From NCBI GenBank assembly GCA_965242525.1, contig OZ251459.1, forward strand, positions 1,920,001-1,984,000: a stretch of 64,000 nucleotides of DNA, written 5' to 3'. Source of the stretch: an uncultured Candidatus Binatia bacterium (lineage in GTDB: Bacteria; Desulfobacterota; Binatia; UBA9968; JAJDTQ01). The translations under genes were made by a program, and so were the position numbers. The notes below the pieces were generated by a model. The model was not told where the DNA came from, ran no database searches, and worked only from the letters and a program-made list of their open reading frames with translations. Positions 18,978 through 28,363 of the stretch are shown piece after piece (position 1 is the stretch's first letter; the number at the start of each line of letters is the position of its first letter).

Positions 18978-21826
18978 CGGGCTCGACCCTCGTCACGGGC
19001 CTGGCGGACTTCCTCGCTCGTCATGACGGTCCCGCGTCGGTCGCGTTCCCCAAGCATGGCGTTTCCGATGATCTCGACCACGAGATACCGGAAGGTGGGG
19101 CAGTCGGAACGAAACTCTGCCTGGTTTACACGTATGTAATGCCAGGGATTGCCCGTCGCGCCGCTCACCCGGCGGCACCATTCCTGCATGGCCGCGTCCT
19201 TCTCACTGGTGCCCTCCCACTCGCGGCCCTTGGTCTCGATGATCCAGTTCACTTCTTGGCCTTCCGTGTCGCGCTGGACGGCCACCCAGTCCGGGTAGTA
19301 GAACCCGACGGCGCCGCTCGGCTTCAGGTAATCGACGCGGAACGACGTGCCGGAAGCCCCCTGTTCCGTGGTGCCCAGCGCGGCGAAGCGCAGGACGTCG
19401 CCGGCGTTGTCCAGGAACTCCGCAAAGCGGCGCTCGAAATCGTTGTAGGTGGCCACGAAGTTGAAGACCGTCTTCCTCGCTTCCAGAGGCGGAAGGTTCC
19501 GCCGCCAGCCAAAGGGGTTCGTCTCGGACAGGTGGAAGTCCTGTCTGGCGAATTCGATCTCGCTGCGCTCGACGGTGAGCTCGGCGATCTTGCGGACAAG
19601 GTACTTGGCGATGCCTTCTCGTACCTCCAGTCGCGCCAGATGGGAGCGGAGGATGTCGTCATCCAGTTCGACCTCCCGGCCGAAACACCGATTCCCGATG
19701 TACTCCCGGGTCACCGGGTACAGCTCCGCAAAGCGATTGGTCAAACCCGCCTTGGCAGCCACCCGGTTGGTCACATCGGCCAGAAACTCCTGGACGGGAA
19801 GCAGGCCGCCGGAGATGTCGGCCTGGTGCACTTCGGTTTCGGTCGTGGCGAATTCCAGCTTCAACCTGATACGGAACCGCTCGTCGAGCTCTGCCTGGTC
19901 GAAGATCGGTTCGAGGGACTGCACGTCCAGTTCCGACAGTTTGCGATGGTCGTGCTTCAGGCTCGGCTTGGTGATGGGAATGGCGATGTCGTATTCCAGC
20001 CGTTCCTGCACCGGCCGGATGCTGACCGGCGGCGGCGGATCGGTCTCCGTGCTCGCTACACCTACGCCTTCGGCCTCCAGTTGTTCGCGCAGGACGTTGA
20101 GCAGGTTGCGCGTGCCGAGCACTTCCAGGGTCTGCGTCCGATCCGGGCTCACCTGCGTCATCAGGCGCAACCCGCGACCGACCACCTGCTCCGGGAGGAT
20201 TTCGGCCTTCGCGGTGAACGGCCGCAGCCCCAGCACCACCGTCACGTTGCGCACGTCCCACCCCTCGCGCAGCATCATCACGCTGACGATGGCCTTGACC
20301 CTGCTATCGGCCCGGTCGATGTCCCGCGCCGCCATACGGGCCTTCTTGAGTTCTTTCTCGTTCTTGATTTCCCCACTGTTGTTGGTGTGGATGACCAGCA
20401 CCTCGGACTGCTTGAAACCGAACTCCCCGGTCTTCCACAGATACTCGCCCAATGCGTCAGCGTAGTCGATCTTTTCCGCCATGATGAAGAGCACCGGCCT
20501 GATGCCCAGCTTACCGTACACCTTCCGATGCTCCTTCCAGCGTCGGACCGCGGCCTGTAGCCAGTAGCCGTACTTCTCCGCCACGTTGTCCCTGGTAATC
20601 CCGTCGGGATCTTCGGTTGGCTGATTCCTGTCGGCCTCCCTGGTGACGATGAGAGGCGCCTTGACGATCCGATCCTCAACGGCCTGCGCCAGCGGGTAGT
20701 CCACGACCGTCCAGGGAAAATACATGCGGTTCTGGTCCTGCGGCGTAGCCGAGAAGTCGAGCCAGGCGCCGAGGCCGCGCGGCAACGCTTCGTGGATGGC
20801 GAGAAGAGACCTGCTCCAGGCCAGGTCTTCACCGTGGACGTGGTGTGCTTCGTCGTTCAGCACCACGAGGTCCTTGAGCGACTTCACCCGTTCCAGCATG
20901 GAGCGTTGGCCGGATGACGCCAGGTTTTGCGCGTCCTTCCTGCCCAGAAGCGCTTCGACGGGGTTTTTCGGCGTCCACTCCTTCTCTCCTTCGTAGATCT
21001 GCTGGACATTGGTCAGAAAAAGGTTTCCCGATGGATCCGGTTCGGCCGCCTCTCCGGGGAGGATCACCTTTTGTGAGAATCCGGTCCGCCATTCCGGCGG
21101 AATGAGCGGAAGCTGATGGAATATCCGGTTGTTCGCGAAGTCCTTCTCCAATCGTTGATAGACGATGACGTTGGGCGCCACGATGAGGAAATTCGTCGAA
21201 AGCTCCGATCCCGGGACATGCTGTTTGTGAAGCCGCGACCAGACGACCGCCATTGCCATCACCCAGGTCTTGCCCGAACCGGTGGCCATCCTGAAGGCGA
21301 ACCGACGCAAGTTCTCGGGCGGCAGGTCCTGTACGCCGTCCGCTTCCAGCTCCGGCACGTAGCGGCGAAGCTGGCGCCTTCCGTCCATGGTCGTCTGGAA
21401 CTCGATATTCTTCGAGAGCAGGTCTTTCGGAAAGATCGTGGCCCGGGCTTCGATGAGCTCCTTGGCGTCTCGATGGCCGGAGATTTCCACAAGCCAGATC
21501 AGCGTCTCGATCGCTTCGCGCTGGCAAAAGTAATACCGGAAGGGTACGTCGAAACCGGCAACTTCATGATCCTCCTCGAACCAGTAATCCAGCAAGCGCC
21601 GAGTGACATCGGAAGCGCCTCGATAACCGCCATCGCGCCATGCGTCCACCGCATCGCGCACCTTCGGTACCAGCAACAAACGGCTCGGCCGGCGGCCGGA
21701 GTCGTCCTCGCGCCAGCCGGTCGGTGCGTCGGCATCCTTGACCAGGTGGGAAACGGGCCTCTCCCACGGACGGCGGCCCCGAATCTCCGGCAGATCCTTG
21801 TCATAGTCGATGACAGCCCTTGCCAT
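18974..21826 (-). CDS. res: Type III restriction enzyme Res subunit with an extra C-terminal tail
   Basis: QREAIET, MATGSGKT, LNDEAHH, LREGWDV, QVVGRGLR, YYPDW...IIETKG nuclease motif; follows a mod gene. Confidence 0.9.
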   Translation of the reverse strand: MARAVIDYDKDLPEIRGRRPWERPVSHLVKDADAPTGWREDDSGRRPSRLLLVPKVRDAVDAWRDGGYRGASDVTRRLLDYWFEEDHEVAGFDVPFRYYFCQREAIETLIWLVEISGHRDAKELIEARATIFPKDLLSKNIEFQTTMDGRRQLRRYVPELEADGVQDLPPENLRRFAFRMATGSGKTWVMAMAVVWSRLHKQHVPGSELSTNFLIVAPNVIVYQRLEKDFANNRIFHQLPLIPPEWRTGFSQKVILPGEAAEPDPSGNLFLTNVQQIYEGEKEWTPKNPVEALLGRKDAQNLASSGQRSMLERVKSLKDLVVLNDEAHHVHGEDLAWSRSLLAIHEALPRGLGAWLDFSATPQDQNRMYFPWTVVDYPLAQAVEDRIVKAPLIVTREADRNQPTEDPDGITRDNVAEKYGYWLQAAVRRWKEHRKVYGKLGIRPVLFIMAEKIDYADALGEYLWKTGEFGFKQSEVLVIHTNNSGEIKNEKELKKARMAARDIDRADSRVKAIVSVMMLREGWDVRNVTVVLGLRPFTAKAEILPEQVVGRGLRLMTQVSPDRTQTLEVLGTRNLLNVLREQLEAEGVGVASTETDPPPPVSIRPVQERLEYDIAIPITKPSLKHDHRKLSELDVQSLEPIFDQAELDERFRIRLKLEFATTETEVHQADISGGLLPVQEFLADVTNRVAAKAGLTNRFAELYPVTREYIGNRCFGREVELDDDILRSHLARLEVREGIAKYLVRKIAELTVERSEIEFARQDFHLSETNPFGWRRNLPPLEARKTVFNFVATYNDFERRFAEFLDNAGDVLRFAALGTTEQGASGTSFRVDYLKPSGAVGFYYPDWVAVQRDTEGQEVNWIIETKGREWEGTSEKDAAMQEWCRRVSGATGNPWHYIRVNQAEFRSDCPTFRYLVVEIIGNAMLGERDRRGTVMTSEEVRQARDEGRAR

Positions 21827-21880
21827 GATTACCTTATCTCCCGTCGAAGACAAAGACCCGTTTGAAGCGTCAGCATTGTC

Positions 21881-23911
21881 CTACACCTTGACGTCGTATG
21901 CTTGGGACGTGTCGTTGCCGAAGATGTCGATGACCTTGACCAGCACTCGATACTTGCCCGGCTTCTCATAGGTGTGCGCGTCGGACGCGAGGGCCAAGCT
22001 CCGGTCCTTGCGGGTGCGGTAGGCCACCCATCCCTGCATGAAGGTGTCGTTCCGGAAGTCCCAATCCACTGCCCAGTAGTCGATGTAGTCCGACCACTTC
22101 GTGACCTTGCTCCGCACGTCGTCCGGGATGAGGTTAGCGTTGGGGATCACGAAGTCCTTGAGCGCCACCGACACGGTGAGTTTCTTCGGTTTCCTGATCG
22201 CGGCGTCCAAGTAGGCCAGCTCGAAGAAGCGAACGTCACCCTTGTCCGCGGCCTGCTGCTCCATCACTTCACGAGGGATCTGCAACAAAAGGAGCTTGAC
22301 GCCTTCGCGTTTTGCTTCCTGGACCACGAGATTCTGAAGGCCCATTTCCCATTCCCAGCCGAGAACGTGCAGTTCCTTCTGCTTCACTTTGAGACATTCT
22401 TCTACCGAAGACTCGATTTCGCCGATGGTCACCGGGGCGTCCACTGCGCCAACGTGAACCATCGCCCTGCCCTTCTTGCCGTGCAGATGGATCAGGCCGA
22501 CCACGGGTTGGGAGCCATGGAGTTTCAGAATAAAGGCAAGATATTCATAAAGCGCCTGCTCCGCGATCGGCTTATCCCTTTTGCCGAAAGTCACATCCTG
22601 CCAGTACTGACGCTCATACCTGCCAAGATTCAGAACATCGAACGGTTTGCAGTTCCCCATACCGAGCAACCGTTTGCGAGTAATATGAATACCCCATCGT
22701 CCAAGGTCACAACCGATCCAGCGTCTGCCAAGGTTTTCAGCTACAGCGAGCGTCGTGCCGGAACCGCAAAAGAAATCTGCAACAAGGTCATTTGGCCGGC
22801 TAAGCCATGCAATTATACGGGCCAACAATTGTTCATGTTTCTGGGTGGCGTAAGCTTTGCGGTTTTCGTAAGTCTTGACGTCATCCCATACGGTGTCGCC
22901 GATCTTGTCGTCACTGGGGGCAAACCAGTTTTCTACGGTCCCGGTCTGCGACTTCCGAATGAACTCGAGATCCTCACCCGTGTCTCGCCAATATTTCACC
23001 AATGAACGTCCGCCACCTTCTTCGCAAAATTGATTGTAATTCTCAACTGCACGTAATGCTCGTTTCTTTTCCCATTTCCACTGGCCGTGAGTAGGCGTTT
23101 CAGAAAGCAATTCATATCGCATACTTGGCCGATCGGCGCCGCTCCAGAAACGGTGCCAATAGCCTTCAGGTGAAGACGTTTCGTACGGAACCAGAAGATT
23201 GGGAACCCTCGTATCCGGCTGCATGGAGTACCAAATCAATACGTCGTGACCTTGCGGAAGAGCTGTGATTACCTTGAATTGTCGTTGCAGGTTTTTCGTT
23301 ATCGGTCTATGAATCACTATTTCATTCCTGAAGTTTTCAACGCCAAATATCTCATCCAATATCAATCGAAGATGAGGGGTCACATTGGGAGCGACATGAA
23401 CAACAAGGTGGCCTTCTTGAGATATGAGAGACCGGATCAATGTCAAGCGCTCCCTCATCGTCTGCATGTAGCTGATGAGCCCGCGGCCCCAGGTGTCGCG
23501 ATAGGCTTTCTCCTCTACTACCGACGCCTCCTTGTCGAGTCGAACGCTTCCGTCACCGATCTCGGTCGTAAACGAAAAATCTGCTCCTGTGGCAAACGGC
23601 GGATCGATATAGATCAGATCGACCTTCCCTGCGAATTTCTCCAACAGCGACCCCATCACCAACAGGTTGTCACCCCAGATCAGCTTGTTCTTCCAACCAT
23701 CCTCGAAGGTGTCGCCCTCGCTGCCCTCGTAGACGTCGAACAGCGACCCCTGCACGCCGCCCTTCTTCGCCTCGCGCATGGCTCGGCTCTCGTTGACGGT
23801 CTCGATGATCTGGAACGGCAGGTTGACCCGCGGAACTTCCTTGAGCGTTCCGTTTTCGTCGTATTTGCCGGGCCAGATCAGCTCGGTCTTCGTGACGTCG
23901 ATCTTCGCCAT
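21881..23911 (-). CDS. mod: Type III RM Mod subunit (beta-class N6-adenine methyltransferase)
   Basis: LIWGDNL, IYIDPPF (motif IV) before DFFCGSGTT (motif I), YATQK, C-terminal KVIDIFGND. Confidence 0.9.
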   Translation of the reverse strand: MAKIDVTKTELIWPGKYDENGTLKEVPRVNLPFQIIETVNESRAMREAKKGGVQGSLFDVYEGSEGDTFEDGWKNKLIWGDNLLVMGSLLEKFAGKVDLIYIDPPFATGADFSFTTEIGDGSVRLDKEASVVEEKAYRDTWGRGLISYMQTMRERLTLIRSLISQEGHLVVHVAPNVTPHLRLILDEIFGVENFRNEIVIHRPITKNLQRQFKVITALPQGHDVLIWYSMQPDTRVPNLLVPYETSSPEGYWHRFWSGADRPSMRYELLSETPTHGQWKWEKKRALRAVENYNQFCEEGGGRSLVKYWRDTGEDLEFIRKSQTGTVENWFAPSDDKIGDTVWDDVKTYENRKAYATQKHEQLLARIIAWLSRPNDLVADFFCGSGTTLAVAENLGRRWIGCDLGRWGIHITRKRLLGMGNCKPFDVLNLGRYERQYWQDVTFGKRDKPIAEQALYEYLAFILKLHGSQPVVGLIHLHGKKGRAMVHVGAVDAPVTIGEIESSVEECLKVKQKELHVLGWEWEMGLQNLVVQEAKREGVKLLLLQIPREVMEQQAADKGDVRFFELAYLDAAIRKPKKLTVSVALKDFVIPNANLIPDDVRSKVTKWSDYIDYWAVDWDFRNDTFMQGWVAYRTRKDRSLALASDAHTYEKPGKYRVLVKVIDIFGNDTSQAYDVKV

Positions 23912-24426
23912 TACCGGGCTTCTCCGATTCGCTTCAGGTACTCGCTCCCCGCGGGTGTCAGGCGGTATCGCTGCCTGCTGCTGCGCGGCTTGTCCGGGAT
24001 GGTCATTTCGATCAGGCCGGACCCAAGGGCGGGCGCCAGATAGACTTCGTTGAAGTGGTCGCGGTGTTTCAGGCCAAGGGCTTCCTGGAGGCTCTGCCTG
24101 GTCATTTCACCAGACATCGCCCTCAGCAGTCGCACTTCCCCGGTGACTTCCCCGGTAACTTCCCCGGTGACTTGCCCGGTGACTTGCCCGGTAACTTGGG
24201 GGGTCACCCGACCATCCCCCGATACCTCCCGGACTTCCGGGTTCGGACGGAAAATGACGGTGACGAAGCGGTTGGCCTCGAACATCGCCTCCGATTCGCC
24301 GATGACACATCGATCCCGGCACAGCGCCCCCAGGACGATGTTGTGGGTCTTGCCGGAACCGGACCCCGCGGCTACCGGCAACGGCCCATCCGGGTAGTGC
24401 TTCAGGATGGCGGGCGCGATGCTCAC
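23911..24426 (-). pseudogene. Chimeric ORF: UvrD-like helicase N-terminus fused to a Fic/RecG-associated wHTH C-terminus
   Basis: ILKHYPDGPLPVAAGSGSGKT followed by (VTGQ/E)n and LQEALGLKHRDHF..YLAPAL...IEMTIPDKPRSSRQRYRLT; GTGA overlap with radC and TAATG overlap with mod. Confidence 0.6.
24134..24205. repeat. 12-bp tandem repeat, about 6 copies (ACTTSCCCGGTR), encoding VTG(E/Q)
   Basis: acttccccggtg, acttccccggta, acttccccggtg, acttgcccggtg, acttgcccggta, acttggggggtc. Confidence 0.9.
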
Positions 24427-25106
24427 AACAGTCCTGCCTTCCTGAAGCTGAAGGTCTCTTCCGGCGACACCACCAGGTGATCGACGACCCGGAGGCTGAC
24501 GGTCTCGGCGGCCAGCACGATGGCCCGCGTGAGCACCTTGTCGTGCTCGCTGGGCTCGACGTTGCCGTTGGGATGGTTGTGCGCCAGCACGAGCGCCGCG
24601 GCTTGGCGCTTGAGCGCGGCTTCCACGATGCTGCGGGGATACACCGCTGCACGATCGACCGTGCCTTCCTGGAGCGTCTCGACGCCGTTGCGCAGCAGCC
24701 GGCACGCGGAGTCCAGGTACGCCACGGCGAACACCTCGTGCCTGAGGGCGCCGATCTGCATGCGCCAGAAGTCGCCGAGGCGCCCGGAGTCCCGCAGCAC
24801 CTCCGCTCCCTCCGACGTTTCCCGCAGGTAGAGCGCCGCGGATTCGCGGACCACGTGCAGGGCGACCGCGGCGGCCTCGCCGATGCCTTCCACCGACTGC
24901 AACTCGGACAGCGGCGCGTCCAGGACTCCCCGCAGGCTGCCGAAGCGCTTGAGCAGCGCCTTGGCGGGCTGCTTCACGTCCGAGCGGGGGATGGCCAGGG
25001 TCAGCAGCAGCTCGATGACCTCGTGCTCCGCGAACCCCGCCAAACCGCTGTCGAGGAAACGTCCGCGGAGACGTTTGCGGTGGCCGTGGTAGTGCGGCTG
25101 TTCCAT
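24423..25106 (-). CDS. radC: RadC (UPF0758, JAB domain) family protein
   Basis: GHRKRLR, ELLLTLAIPRSDVK, HhH (VEGIGE), GTVD, LAHNHPNG..PSEHD, VVDHLVV. Confidence 0.92.
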   Translation of the reverse strand: MEQPHYHGHRKRLRGRFLDSGLAGFAEHEVIELLLTLAIPRSDVKQPAKALLKRFGSLRGVLDAPLSELQSVEGIGEAAAVALHVVRESAALYLRETSEGAEVLRDSGRLGDFWRMQIGALRHEVFAVAYLDSACRLLRNGVETLQEGTVDRAAVYPRSIVEAALKRQAAALVLAHNHPNGNVEPSEHDKVLTRAIVLAAETVSLRVVDHLVVSPEETFSFRKAGLL

Positions 25107-25141
25107 CCTCGAGCCGTCCCGTGGTCGTGGACCGGGCCTTG

Positions 25142-25246
25142 ATGTTCTCCCATCCGGGCCGGGACACGGACCGCATCCTGCGGGAGGTCCTGGGCTACGA
25201 CCCTGCGCGCATCGAGCGGCTCCGGGAGGGCGGCGTCCCGGAGTAA
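25142..25246 (+). pseudogene. C-terminal remnant of a CaiB/BaiF (class III) CoA-transferase
   Basis: PGRDTDRILREVLGYDPARIERLREGGV* resembles the family terminus G(E/Q)HTDEVL..LGY....I..L...GV. Confidence 0.6.
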
Positions 25247-25258
25247 GGCAGGTCCGGG

Positions 25259-26032
25259 CTACGGCTCGTACGACAACGAGGAACGGACCAGGTTGCTGAT
25301 GCGCCGGGACATGGGGTTGCGGAGCTCCTCGCCGATGTGGGCCATGGCTCCCAGGGTGCGGCCGATGAGGGCGAACGCCTTGGCCATCTGCCACTGGAGC
25401 CCCATGTCCGAGGCGATGGCGGCGATGGCGCCGGTGACGTTGATGGGGAGGCGCCGCTCGTGGCGCGCTTCCGCGGCCTTGGCGATCTCCTCCAGGAGTT
25501 CGGAGTAACGCCCGCGCACGCCCGTCTCCCTGGCGATCTCGTACAGCCGGTCGGCCCGGGGGTCGCCCTCGGAGTGGGTTGCGTGGCCGATGCCGGCCAC
25601 CCGCTGCTTGCGGTCGGCGTAGTCCTCCACCACGCCCGCGGCCACCGCGGCCAGGTCCGCGTCGCCGCGGTCCAGGGGCAGCGCGTCCTGGAGCATCTTG
25701 GCGCAGTACTCCGACGAGCCCAGGTGCACGCTGCCGGCCCCCAGCAGGGCCGCGGCCACCGCCCCCTGGATGGCTTCCGGCGCGGTGGACACGGTGAAGC
25801 GCGCCGCGATGATGTTGCCCACCATGCCGTGCTCCACCAGGACGTTCAGCAGCGCGTCGGTCATGCGCCCTTCGTCTTCGGTGGGCGTGCGCCCCACGAG
25901 CATCAGGAAGGTCATCTGCCCGAAGCTGAGCTTGCCGAGTATGTCCTGGGTCATGTCGATGTTGCGCACCAGCACCCGGTGCAACTCGGCCTTGCCCAAC
26001 CCCGTCACGATCTTCGTATTGTCGTCACTCAC
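25259..26032 (-). CDS. Citryl-CoA lyase-like protein (citrate synthase fold)
   Basis: VLVEHG, GAGSVHLG, AGIGH, DPRADRL, LPINVTGAIAAI, AHIGEE. Confidence 0.8.
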   Translation of the reverse strand: MSDDNTKIVTGLGKAELHRVLVRNIDMTQDILGKLSFGQMTFLMLVGRTPTEDEGRMTDALLNVLVEHGMVGNIIAARFTVSTAPEAIQGAVAAALLGAGSVHLGSSEYCAKMLQDALPLDRGDADLAAVAAGVVEDYADRKQRVAGIGHATHSEGDPRADRLYEIARETGVRGRYSELLEEIAKAAEARHERRLPINVTGAIAAIASDMGLQWQMAKAFALIGRTLGAMAHIGEELRNPMSRRISNLVRSSLSYEP

Positions 26033-26083
26033 TGGAGACTCCTTGCAGTCGTTCCGCCAACGGTCGAGGAAGCGCCCGCCCGC

Positions 26084-28309
26084 CTACACGTCGATACGGG
26101 TGTCCCACAGGATCGGATCGCCCCCCATGGGCGGGCAGAACAGGTCCACCTGCAACTGCACCTGGCAGCCCGGGCAACTGTACTCGTGGTACTCGCCGAT
26201 GTAGGGCTCGCCCGAGGGCAGGGCGTCGTCCATGTAGTCGTTCAGGTCCAGGACGCGCCGCAGCGCGTAGTTCTTGTAGTTCTCGTCGGGGCCGCAGAAT
26301 AGGTGGTTGCAGTGGACGCAGCGGATGGCGTGCCGGCCGTTCCTGCGCGCGACCTCCAGGCTCTCGTGGAAGCGCATGACCGAGCCGTATTCGTCCGCGG
26401 GGTCCCCGCCCAGCGCCGAGGTCTTGCCCGAAGGCGGTGTCCCCAGGCGCTTGCGCTCGTCGCGCACCCGCTGGCGCAGGCTTTGCGTGGCAGCAGCGTC
26501 CACCGACTTGCGGTCCGCGGCCAGGACCACGCCGTACACCTCTTCCGCCATCTTGAAGTCGAGCCAGCCCCGGACGTAGTCCCGCAGCACCATGGCGGGG
26601 TCGCGCTCCAAGGGGTCGCCGAAGCCGCCTCCGCCGGCCACGTAGTCGATGAGGAGGCTCCCTTCGGGCAACGCCACGCGCTCGGGAACCCCGTCCGGAT
26701 GGACCACCCGGCCCCAGGTCCCGTCCCGCATCCCGGCGCCGTTCGGGTACTCGCCCGCCTTGACCCGGTCCAGCAGCTCCATCCCAGCCTGCACCATGTA
26801 GCGCAGCACGCTCTTGCCCGTGGGATAGCCGCCGCACAACCCGTAGCCCCCTTGCGCAACGCCGCCGTAGGGCTTGTAATCGACGCTACAGTCCTGCGAA
26901 CCGTAGATCCAGTAGATGCGGTAGCTGCCGAGGCCGCCGCGGTACTTCCCGAAGCCGCTGCCGTCCGGGTTGTGCCCCCGGGTGAAGTAGAGGAACGGGT
27001 ACTGCATCTCGATGCGCTCGATGTCGCTGATGCCCGCGGAGGGGATGTTCATGTGGCCGCCGGTGTTGACCCCGTCCCGGGTGGGCGCGCCTCCCATGCC
27101 GGCGCCGTGGATGTCGTACAGCCCCTGCGCCACCCGGATGCCGTCCCGGGTATGGCCGCCGTAGAAGTAGCCCGGCCCTCCGGCGTAGGCCAGGTTGCCG
27201 GTGGTGGAAGCGTTGACGTCGTCCACGCGGCCGGCGGCGTAGAGCATCTTGGACACGCACTCGCAGATGGTGGAGACCAGGACGTTGCCCACCCGCGGGG
27301 CCGCGCCGCAGGCCGCGGGGTAGGTGCAGTTCAGGATCGAACCCTCCGGCACCTTGATGGTCACCGGCCTCATCTTGCCGTCGCTCCACGGCACGTCCCA
27401 GAAGAGCGCGTTGGTGAGGGCCAGGGTGATGTGGGCCGCGGTGCTGGGCAGGGTCGAGTTGTGGTCGGTGTCGGTCTGCGGGCTGGTCCCTTCCAGGTCG
27501 AACTCCAGCTCGTCGCCCTTCTTGGTCATGGTGCAGTAGAGCTGCTGGGCCACGGCCTTGCGCGACTTGCGGTCCAGGGTGGTGACGTACTCCCGGGACA
27601 CCCACGTGCCGTCCGGCAGCGAGCGCAGCTTGGCCCGGGCCTTGGCCTCGGAATCCTCGATCATGCGCCGCCCGGCCGCGGCCACGAAGTCCGCGCCGAA
27701 CTTCTCCACCAGCCCCAGGTACCGTTTGGCGCAGACGTTGTTGCCCGCGATCATGGCCTTCATGTCCAGTCCCACGTACTGCGGGTCCCGGCACATGCCG
27801 GTGAGGGTGCGGAACACGTCCTCCCGGAACTCGTCCTTCTCGACGATCTTGAGGCCGCTGATGCAGATGCCCTCGTGGTAGATCTCCAGGGCGCCTCCCC
27901 GCAGGACGCCGCCGGTGTCCGCGGTGTGCGTGCTGGTGGCGGTCCAGGCGATCAACTCGCCCTGGTGGAATATGGGCTTGATGACCATCATGTCGTAGGT
28001 GTGGGAGCCGGCCACGTAGGGGTCGTTGAAGAAGAACTGGTCGCCGTCGAAGAACCCCGGGGACTCCTCGAAGTACTCGATCATGTTCTTGATGGCCTGG
28101 GAGGTGGCGGCCGCGAACCGGAGGTGCCCGGAGCAGGCCAGCACCATGACCCCCCTGGCGTCGTAGAACGAGCTCATGCACTCGCCTCCCTGGGCCACGA
28201 TGGGCGACGCGGTGACGCGCTGCAACGTCATGCGCCCCTCTTCCCCAATGGCCCAGAGCCGGTGGAAGTACATCTCGTAACGAATGGGATCGACCGCTGC
28301 TGGTTCCAT
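26084..28309 (-). CDS. Hydantoinase B/oxoprolinase family protein with a C-terminal acetone-carboxylase-gamma-like Zn domain
   Basis: FFFNDPYVAGSHTYD, THTADTGG, GFGKYRGG, GGGGFGDPLERDP; C-terminal RCVHCNH...NYK...EYSCPGC. Confidence 0.85.
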   Translation of the reverse strand: MEPAAVDPIRYEMYFHRLWAIGEEGRMTLQRVTASPIVAQGGECMSSFYDARGVMVLACSGHLRFAAATSQAIKNMIEYFEESPGFFDGDQFFFNDPYVAGSHTYDMMVIKPIFHQGELIAWTATSTHTADTGGVLRGGALEIYHEGICISGLKIVEKDEFREDVFRTLTGMCRDPQYVGLDMKAMIAGNNVCAKRYLGLVEKFGADFVAAAGRRMIEDSEAKARAKLRSLPDGTWVSREYVTTLDRKSRKAVAQQLYCTMTKKGDELEFDLEGTSPQTDTDHNSTLPSTAAHITLALTNALFWDVPWSDGKMRPVTIKVPEGSILNCTYPAACGAAPRVGNVLVSTICECVSKMLYAAGRVDDVNASTTGNLAYAGGPGYFYGGHTRDGIRVAQGLYDIHGAGMGGAPTRDGVNTGGHMNIPSAGISDIERIEMQYPFLYFTRGHNPDGSGFGKYRGGLGSYRIYWIYGSQDCSVDYKPYGGVAQGGYGLCGGYPTGKSVLRYMVQAGMELLDRVKAGEYPNGAGMRDGTWGRVVHPDGVPERVALPEGSLLIDYVAGGGGFGDPLERDPAMVLRDYVRGWLDFKMAEEVYGVVLAADRKSVDAAATQSLRQRVRDERKRLGTPPSGKTSALGGDPADEYGSVMRFHESLEVARRNGRHAIRCVHCNHLFCGPDENYKNYALRRVLDLNDYMDDALPSGEPYIGEYHEYSCPGCQVQLQVDLFCPPMGGDPILWDTRIDV

Positions 28310-28363
28310 CGCTCTCTCCTCGGTACTGCCGGACCTCGGCGCCGCCGGATTCGTTCCCCGGCC

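Larger units (their letters stand above)
18585..25140. other. Defence island: vapC, Type III RM, helicase/wHTH chimera, radC
   Basis: Co-oriented defence genes, locally lower GC, interrupting the catabolic genes; no integrase or att site seen. Confidence 0.6.

Noticed and set aside
24134-24205. Tandem repeat as a CRISPR array or phase-variation switch
   Set aside because: It has no spacers, and the 12-bp unit keeps the frame. VTGQ/E linkers are usual before this wHTH domain.
18585-25140. Island as an autonomous mobile element
   Set aside because: No integrase, transposase, tRNA target or flanking direct repeats were found, so it is reported only as a defence island.
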